Assembly (NCBI GenBank): GCA_964016885.1
Contig: OZ024743.1
Span: forward strand, 232,438,001-232,502,000
Length of the DNA stretch: 64,000 bases
Direction of reading: 5' to 3'
Origin: Eledone cirrhosa
Taxonomy: Eukaryota
Each line of letters opens with the position of its first letter. The first letter of the stretch is position 1. Below the pieces are notes generated by a model, which saw nothing but the letters and a program-made list of their open reading frames with translations, made no database searches and was not told where the DNA came from. A program made the translations under genes and the position numbers. Positions 55,327 through 64,000 of the stretch are shown here, piece by piece.

Positions 55327-57104
55327 CATCTATTCTGTATGAGCTATTATCATTTTTCTTAAGATGCGCTCCGTGAGGTATATTTCTGTCATACATTTTT
55401 CTTTTACTAGAGTTTTTTTTTATTTTCTTCGAGTACTATATCTAAGTTAGTTTACGATATCAAATCGGAGGATTAAGAGCACCACATCAATATCTCACAT
55501 GTTTACTTTGCGTCGTGTTACATTTACTAAAATCATAGTTTTAGTAATATCTGTTTGTTAATAATTTATTTTTGACTCAGTGTTACGAGCTGATTTGGAA
55601 TATATATATACACAGACAGTTGGATATAGATATATATGGATTTCTGCCTGTTTTACACATCGAAATTTCAAATTTACTTTAAAAATTTAATGTTTATAAA
55701 AACATATCACTAAAGGAACAAATTTACAATCATCATACATTCTAAGAACACATTGTTTATGGATTCATCTTTAAAATATACGTTTTCTTCTAATTCTCTT
55801 TGAACTGGAATTGAATTCCAATGATTCAAATGATTTCATGAATTCAAATTTAAGAGCAATAATTTTCATTGATTTTTCTATTTGACTACCAATAAAATTC
55901 TAACGGAAAAGGAAAAAAAATCTTCAAATTACTTTTGCCGATATTTTTTCTTGTCTCTAATTTTTTTTTTTTTCTTAATTTTGGATTTCCCACATAATTT
56001 CAAAGTTGAAGTTCAGTTCTAAAATATCCTTTAATTATTTCCGTCTCAGCAAATACTGTTTTTATATTTTATGAATTCAAATTTACAAACTGAAAGGAAC
56101 AATAATACAAACATATGAATGAAAAAGTAATGAGGTGACTTGAAATGAAGTGAGTGTCTGTTTCATAATGGAGAAAATATATCGGCGTAGTTGAAATTTT
56201 GCTACATATAAAAATTTATTTTCTAAAACGTTAAAAACAGTTTATAAAACACCGCTTAAACAGGGATGTACAGTTTGTTGCTCAGTCCACACTTTCTCTT
56301 TCTTTCACTGCTTAATTTCCTTTTCTTTTCTATCTTTTTTATTTCCTTATTGTCATTTATATTGTTTATATGAATAAAATTTGATGTTGTTTATAAAAAC
56401 ATATTAGTGTAAGGGTGAGAGAAATAGCGAGAGGTTCTTGGTGGTCAGTAATTTATTCATGTGTCATAACTAACGGACAGAAAAAATGAATACAGAAACG
56501 AAAAAATAAGCAGTCAATGAAGGCTAAATCAATAAATAAATATATTCTAAATCTTTCGTAAACGCCAAGGAGATGTTCAAGAATACTAATGAGCTCTTGC
56601 TTCATGGCGCTAAGCGGATGAGAGATAAATCTCCTACCTGGATTAGAACGTCAGTATATGATGGGAAGATAATTTTGATATATGAACTACTTTTTTCTAT
56701 TCCCGACAACAACATGCAGCAGCATAAATATTGATCAACCATATGGTGTTGTTCATCGAGCAAAACTATGATCAATGACGTTCCAGTTGTGACCATCTTG
56801 TCTTGTCATATACATATGTTTACTCTGTCTAATGTATGCATCAGCATTTTAACATGTTGTTAGGAAGTGACTGGAAGAAGATTTAGTTGTTATATCTAGG
56901 TGGTTGAGTGATGACGTAAAGTGCCCATGTTATCTCTTTAGATAAGAAGTTGTTTGGTCACCTTAGTCTATTGATTTATACTGTTATATAGTATAGAAGT
57001 GATATATTGTTCGATTCACCTGGACAGTTCTATCCACTTTTCCCATCTTATTTCGCGTATGAAAATGTATTACTTATTATTCGTACATTGAATAAATATC
57101 TTTA

Positions 57105-57135
<31 letters not shown>

Positions 57136-57274
57136 CGTATATATGTAAGAGTCCTATTAAAATTGTTGGGATACAACAAGCAAATATTTTTATAACTGAT
57201 ATAAAGCACTCAACAAATATTTGGAGTAAAAATACGATATTAATAAATGGAAACTATATTTATAAAACCATATT

Positions 57275-57339
57275 TATTTCATTATACATATTTCAAGGAC
57301 ACCAAGTTAAATTATGGTGTGCTTTCATCAGATAAAATA
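57275..57339 (-). ncRNA. Type I hammerhead motif (family B)
   Basis: Mirror copy of 57477-57541. Confidence 0.75.
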
Positions 57340-57476
57340 TAATATAGATCAGTTTTATAAATAAATATTTACATACCCTTAAAGAATGCAACCATTACTA
57401 TCCGGGAGCTTCCAACAGTAATGGTTGCATTCTTTAAGGGTATGTCAATATTTATTTATAAAACTGATCTATATTA

Positions 57477-57541
57477 TATTTTATCTGATGAAAGCACACC
57501 ATAATTTAACTTGGTGTCCTTGAAATATGTATAATGAAATA
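57477..57541 (+). ncRNA. Type I hammerhead motif (family B)
   Basis: TATTTTAT-CTGATGA-AAGCACACCA...TGGTGTCCTT-GAAA-TATGTA-TA-ATGAAATA. Confidence 0.75.
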
Positions 57542-57640
57542 AATATGGTTTTATAAATATAGTTTCCATTTGTTAATATCGTATGTATATATATATATAT
57601 ATATTAAAATACACGTACAGACACACGTATGTATGTGCGT

Positions 57641-57756
<116 letters not shown>

Positions 57757-57883
57757 TTGTCAAGCTATTTAAACGTATGTTATTACTCTAAGGACCTACC
57801 TTGTCGAGTGCTTTGCTAACTCATTCATATCGTAGGTCGAATTTGCTTGCACACCGCCAAAGATTCGAGTTTACTAAGCCTCC

Positions 57884-57948
<65 letters not shown>

Positions 57949-58052
57949 GAGAGATGTAGAATACCGACGGCGGCGCACACTCAGCATTGCCCCATGCATT
58001 GAGTACTCCCATCCATGCTTATTATTGGTCTCCCCAATCTCAGCACTACAGA

Positions 58053-58161
<109 letters not shown>

Positions 58162-58343
58162 GGTGAAAATATTGATGCAATTCAATTCAAGCACTCAACG
58201 TAATTTTTCCACATAGGAGTGACGGAGTAAATATCGAATAAGGAAAAGCGAAGTAGTTTCAAATGTTCAAGTCCTTTAATAATAATTGTTTCTACTTTAG
58301 GCACAAGGCTAGCAATTACCCAGTGCATTACTTTAATAATAAT

Positions 58344-58417
58344 GCTGTGATATATATTTCAGTGACGACACTGGCCACACTGTTCTGTGTGCGAGTGTCG
58401 TGTCATCATCAGACAGC
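58344..58417 (-). ncRNA. Type I hammerhead motif
   Basis: Minus strand: GCTGT-CTGATGA-TGACACGACAC...GTGTCGTCACT-GAAA-TATATA-TC-ACAGC. Confidence 0.7.
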
Positions 58418-59654
58418 TTGTTCCATAATAAGGTTATGTTTCCGAGGTAATCCAAATTGGATTGACATGGGAACGGATGAATTGCGTGTTTTGGGGTTTT
58501 TCATCCGCTCCCTTGTGAGTACCAATTCACCCCCACCGGCCTGCGCAAGCGCATGTCCAAAGGAAGTTGACCATTAGCCACCACAGATTTCAACGAAATT
58601 TGCTTAGTCAGTTCACCCTGTCAGCCAAAAGAATGGCCCACCAATGCCTGTACCATATTTTACTGCTACCCATTACGGCTGTGGCAGTCAGCCGAGAGCA
58701 AGAGGGGATGGGAGAGTGTTAGTTTTTACAGGTCATAATACTACCCCTCACTAAGCGTTGACGGTACGACTGACCATCACCTTGTAAGGGAAAATAAACT
58801 TATTCTAGGTATCATGGTTTTACGTTGGAAGTTAAGAGTGAGAGTTGGAAATAAAAATTAAAATCCTAAATCAAATATTAGAAATTATAAATTAAACAAT
58901 TAAGAAATTAACAATTAGAAATTAAAGAATTAAAAAAAAGAATTAAAAAAATTCTTTTCAGGTGATAATTCGGATTGAGGTGAGTAAAAATATAGACTGA
59001 GGTGAGTAAATAATATGGAGAGAGATGTTTAAGTAATATGTTCTGAGAGGGATTCTAGTGTCACAGTTACTCTATCCACATATTGAACGACAGTGCCGTA
59101 CATTATAACTACAGGGCTCCAGGCATTAGTGAATCTGGTACACGGTCCTAATTTCTATCACATGGAACAAAATCAAAGAAAAACAGACTTAAAGTACACA
59201 AAAGAAAAGAACAGAACCAATAGTGAATAAATGCAAAAACACAGAGTACATATATGCAAAATGATCCATATGATTGTCCATCTGTCCATGTATAGATTGA
59301 ATTGAGGGGGCCTCTGTTCAAATGCGATTTGGTGCAGGAAAATAGGGGTTTATCCTATTATTTGTTTCCGCGTATTTATCCTGCCGAAAGTTACTATTAT
59401 GTCCGTCCAGTGTAAGGGGTTTCCATCCCCATGGTAGAGGGAATTTCCGGGGTAGCTTATGGTTGGGCCTCTCTTCTCCACCATATCGGTTACATCGTAA
59501 AGCGCTCAACTAATTGGAGCTAAATTATTAGGGTAAACATTGATGCAATTCAATTCAAGCACTCAACGTACTTTTTCCACATAGGAGTGACGGAGTAAAT
59601 ATCGAATAAGGAAAAGCGAAGTAGTTTCAGATGTTCAAGTCCTTTAATAATAAT

Positions 59655-59728
59655 GCTGTGATATATATTTCAGTGACGACACTGGCCACACTGTTCTGTG
59701 TGCGAGTGTCGTGTCATCATCAGACAGC
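59655..59728 (-). ncRNA. Type I hammerhead motif, second repeat
   Basis: Same sequence as 58344-58417. Confidence 0.7.
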
Positions 59729-60258
59729 TTGTTACATAATAAGGTTATGTTTCCGAGGCAATCCAAATTGGATGCTATATATATATATATATATTGGATG
59801 CTATATATATATATATATATTGTTTACGAAACGGAATAGTCAATATATGGTGAGCAAAATTACTAAATTCTTTTTCTTCTGAACTTTCAAGTTAAATGTT
59901 TATGCACTTCAATCTTGTTTAATGTAGAGGCGTGTTAGTTCTACTCTATATCGCTATCTTTCTCAAAGACTACGTTCTAAATGATACCGTGTTCTTTGTT
60001 TTTACTCGTTTCGTATTGTTACAGTTCATTGTCTAATTCATTGGTTGGTTTATCTCTATTGATCGATTTCAGTATTATATCATGTCTCTTGAAGATTATA
60101 TGATATAGGTTAATTCTCTCAGAGAGGTCTTCTTTTTTATTATTGTCAATTTTTTTGTATTATATTAAATGACGTTCGTTGTTTTATCTCTATTCGCTGA
60201 TTTCGTTTTAAGTGATTTCGCTAAATTGTTATTCTGCTAATTTACAGAGAATAAACAA

Positions 60259-60445
60259 ATAATTGTTTCTATTTTTGGCACAAGGCCAGCAATTATCCAG
60301 TACATTACTGGTACTTTATTTTATGACCCCGTAAGGATGAAAGGCAGAGTTAACCTTGGCGGGATTTGAACTGAGACCATAAATGGCCGTAATTCTTTGT
60401 TGCAAAGCATGGCCTCCGACCCTCTACCGATACTGCCAATCCACT
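60259..60445 (-). mobile_element. tRNA-derived SINE
   Basis: Near full-length copy of the 5208 family. Confidence 0.85.
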
Positions 60446-60577
60446 GACAAATAATATCGATTATTAAACGGTATAGCTTTAAACACAGACAAGCACACAC
60501 GTCTTATTTGTATTTGTGTATGCCTGTTTATAATCCAAAGTCTAGTTTAAAGTTTGTCTCGAGCTAGAAGGCTTGTC

Positions 60578-60805
60578 AGGCCAGAGCTTATCTCGGTTTC
60601 GTGGCGTGAGGCGACTCATTGTACAAGACTTCTCCCTGGACATGACGCTAATTTATCGCAGGGTGAAACCCCCAGCTATTGTTAGTATTCATTTTCAGCT
60701 GAGTATACTGGAGACATGTAAAATGAAGTGCTTGAGTCAAGAACACAACACACAATCCGGTCCAGGAATCGAACCCAACACCCTTACCACTAAGCCATGC
60801 GCCTT
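60578..60805 (-). mobile_element. tRNA-derived SINE (second family)
   Basis: CAGCTGAGTATACTGGAG...AAGTGCTTGAGTCAAGAACACAAC, B box GGAATCGAACCC, A box ACCACTAAGCCA. Confidence 0.7.
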
Positions 60806-61221
60806 CATGTTTATGAGTCTTTGCAAAATATAATTTATAACGAAGTTTTAAAATTATGACTGGATGTATCTTTGAAAAATTTGTTGAATATGTTCGGTGT
60901 AGTAGATTGAATTTATTCTAAAAGACGAGGAACGAAATCAACTTGAGTTACTTTTAACTTTGTCAAAAATACATTAAGAAGTGAATTGTTTGAACACTCG
61001 CGTCTTGAAAAAATTGTTCATACTTCTAATAAATTAAATAACATTTAAATATAAAAAGGGAAACTATAATTAGCTACAAACGATCCTTTCCTCCGATTTG
61101 CTGCTTGGAAATTTGATTTCTCATTATTTTGCATGCATTTTTTTTTTTCTTATTTTCTATTAATTTCTCTCATCTTCCTCGACACACTGTTTTAATCATG
61201 TTTCAATATTTCACTCCATTA

Positions 61222-61293
<72 letters not shown>

Positions 61294-61318
61294 ATATATA
61301 TGTGTGTGTGTGTATATA

Positions 61319-61355
<37 letters not shown>

Positions 61356-61484
61356 CAAAAGTTCTATTTAAATTGTTGGGATACAACAAGCAAATATTTT
61401 TATAACTGATATAAAGCACTCGACAAGTATTTGGAGTAAATATACGATATTAATAAATGGAAACTATATTTATAAAACCATATG

Positions 61485-61549
61485 TATTTCATTATACATA
61501 TTTCAAGGATACCATGTTAAATTATGGTATGCCTTCTTCAGATAAAATA
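61485..61549 (-). ncRNA. Type I hammerhead motif (family B, CTGAAGA core)
   Basis: Mirror copy of 61707-61771, differing in the core at free position N7. Confidence 0.75.
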
Positions 61550-61706
61550 CAATATATACCAGTTTTATAAATAAACATTGACGTACCCTTTCAAAATGCG
61601 ACCGTTACTTTTGGAAGACATCAGGACTATCCTCATGTCTTCCAAAAGTAACGGTCGCATTTTGAAAGGGTACGTCAATGTTTATTTATAAAACTGGTAT
61701 ATATTG

Positions 61707-61771
61707 TATTTTATCTGATGAAGGCATACCATAATTTAACATGGTATCCTTGAAATATGTATAATGAAATA
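61707..61771 (+). ncRNA. Type I hammerhead motif (family B)
   Basis: TATTTTAT-CTGATGA-AGGCATACCAT...ATGGTATCCTT-GAAA-TATGTA-TA-ATGAAATA. Confidence 0.75.
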
Positions 61772-61810
61772 AATATGGTTTTATAAATATAGTTTCCATT
61801 TATTAATATC

Positions 61811-62122
<312 letters not shown>

Positions 62123-62610
62123 ATGTTATAACGTCCGATATAATTATGTTGGGTGATGTTGTTCCAGCTGTGAGCTCACATCTCGCTGAGGTCAATTTTG
62201 CATTTGATCCTTTTGTGGTTAAAATAAATTACCAATTCACATCATGTTCCGGATTTCCATGAAACAGCCGTATGTCAAATTTTATTTAAGTGAAACATGT
62301 ATTTTTTGTTGTTCTTTATGTATGTATATAATATTAGTTTGTTTCTCAACTTGTTATATGAAAAGCATTTTTTAGTAGGTCTTTTAAATTTGTAAAAAAA
62401 AAAATTATGCTCTGAGTTTAATGTTCATTGAGCTTTCTTTGTTGAATAAAATAACCAATATTAATTTCATATGTATAAATTAAACCATATATTTATTTAT
62501 TATATATATATATGCGTGTGTGTGTAAAAGGTAAACAGAAATAACAACACAATCGGTGCAGTACATGGAAGGAATATTTTAGGTTAAAACTTGAAATAGC
62601 AGGAAGAGAG

Positions 62611-62646
62611 TCTTAACTTTTCGGACGCTAATCCTTCATCAGAAGA
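62611..62646 (-). ncRNA. Degenerate minimal hammerhead motif
   Basis: Minus strand: TCTT-CTGATGA-A-GGAT-TAGC-GTCC-GAAA-AG-TT-AAGA. Confidence 0.5.
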
Positions 62647-62738
62647 AAGAATGAGAAATAAGATAGATTGAAGGGACGGGTGGGTTGAAATTGGAAAAAA
62701 ATGTCTTTAGATAATATATATATATATATATATATATA

Positions 62739-63108
62739 AAATACTGTATAGGGAGAAGAAAACACAAAAAGGGTTATGCTTTCATTTACAAGGGGTTGAG
62801 AACCATTATAACGAAGGATATAATGTTTACCAGGTGTGTATAGTTATAAAGGTGGGTGTTTTACATTTTAATTTTGCCTCTTAATTATTATGTATTTTCT
62901 CTATTTTTCGTAGACCTCACGTGCTTCACTATAGTGGTTCTCTACTCCTTGTGAATGAAAACATAATACTCTTTTGTGTTTTCTTCTCTAAAAACATAAC
63001 CCTTTTGTGTGTTTTCTTCTCTATATACTGTATTATTTAGAGCCCGGTAATTTATTCCTTGAGCTCATAAAATTACAGGGGATTAACGCAAGTCTTTAAC
63101 TCCGTTTC

Positions 63109-63110
<2 letters not shown>
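62739..63110 (+). mobile_element. Old, diverged fold-back element in (TA)n
   Basis: Imperfect inverted arms ~62739-62817 and ~62925-63033. Confidence 0.5.
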
Positions 63111-63184
<74 letters not shown>

Positions 63185-63308
63185 ATGTATATATAATGTA
63201 TTTTGCAATACACTTTATGCTTAATTAAAAGCATTTTGAAGACCGTAAGCTATTGTTTTAAAGTAGTGACAAATTCACTCACTTTGATCTCAGCAAACAG
63301 GGGAGATA

Positions 63309-63352
63309 AGCCGACAAGACTTGTTTCGCTTTGGTTGAAGCTTATCAAGGCC
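63309..63352 (-). ncRNA. Hammerhead motif with U3-A8 core variant
   Basis: Mirror copy of 63479-63522. Confidence 0.75.
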
Positions 63353-63478
63353 AACTACCCCACCTAATTTTTAATTTCTTCCTGACCAACAACCGCTCTG
63401 CATAATCAGCTCCTGATTATTTACTAGATTTCTATAAGAATATAACATCAATGATCTCAGTAAACAGGTGGGGTAGTT

Positions 63479-63522
63479 GGCCTTGATAAGCTTCAACCAA
63501 AGCGAAACAAGTCTTGTCGGCT
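63479..63522 (+). ncRNA. Hammerhead motif with U3-A8 core variant
   Basis: GGCC-TTGATAA-GCTT-CAACCA-AAGC-GAAA-CAAGTCTTG-TC-GGCT; stem I extends over 63453-63545. Confidence 0.75.
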
Positions 63523-63698
63523 TATCTCCCCTGTTTGCTGAGATCAAAGTGAGTGAATTTGTCACTACTTTAAAACAATAGCTTACGGTCTTCAAAATGC
63601 TTTTAATTAAGCATAAAGTGTATTGCAAAATACATTATATATACATCCATATATATATTGCTATCTCAGAGCTCCAATTCTAATATATATATATATAT

Positions 63699-64000
63699 CT
63701 TCCCTTGCTTCTATCCTCTCTCTCTCCCCCTTCTCTCTCCTTCTCCCTCTTACTTTCATTCACCCCCTCTGCTAGTCACCTTCTCTCGGCTAGCCTCTTC
63801 CTTGCACTTTCACTCACCCTCTCTCTCACTTCCTCCATTGTCCAGCACTGTACGCGGTCTTTGTTCTCGCTCACACTGCTACGGTCAAGACGCTGTCTTT
63901 TTCTCTCTCGTCAAAATTCGCCTGTTCCTATGTTCGAAATAAATTATTGACTTGATATTTTTCCTAATTCTCCTCTCTTTACGTTGCTTCACCAATCGTG
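63699..64000 (+). mobile_element. Family P element body (runs off the window)
   Basis: Shared blocks GGCT.GCCTCTTCCT..CACTTTCACTCA and TCCTCTCTTTACGTTG with the reverse complement of 570-840. Confidence 0.55.

Larger units (their letters stand above)
57145..57584 (-). mobile_element. Fold-back hammerhead element (family B)
   Basis: Arms ~57232-57399 and ~57417-57584 plus a left tail. Confidence 0.85.
63181..63650. mobile_element. Fold-back element with ~184-bp arms (family F)
   Basis: Arms 63181-63364 and 63466-63650, ~100-bp spacer, (TA)n flanks. Confidence 0.85.

Overview
AT-rich, microsatellite-saturated eukaryotic DNA. The SINE types and (TA)n/(TG)n/(ACT)n load suggest an octopus or related cephalopod; this is an inference. 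I cannot support any host protein-coding gene, and almost all ORF-track entries are simple-repeat artefacts. Recognisable mobile DNA: two tandem, decayed L1/Tx1-clade LINEs in (GATA)n (41.4-52.9 kb), an internally deleted mariner, non-autonomous RTE derivatives, CR1-like and RTE fragments, Helentron-like (HINE) elements, many tRNA-derived SINEs, and a 6-kb trinucleotide/minisatellite block. The main unexplained signal is about 20 type I hammerhead-ribozyme motifs (CUGANGA...GAAA-palindromic stem III-UH) plus two degenerate ones, from roughly ten distinct sequence families. They sit in short non-coding elements, mostly inserted in (TA)n, arranged as fold-back palindromes or partial tandem repeats. 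Many of these elements share a 3' 'RCTC-hairpin-GAGY' tail that begins a few nt beyond the end of the shorter arm. This resembles a radiation of non-autonomous Penelope-like/retrozyme elements, including a 465-nt circularly permuted unit and a U3-A8 core variant. Folds were read by eye, not computed, and ribozyme activity is untested.
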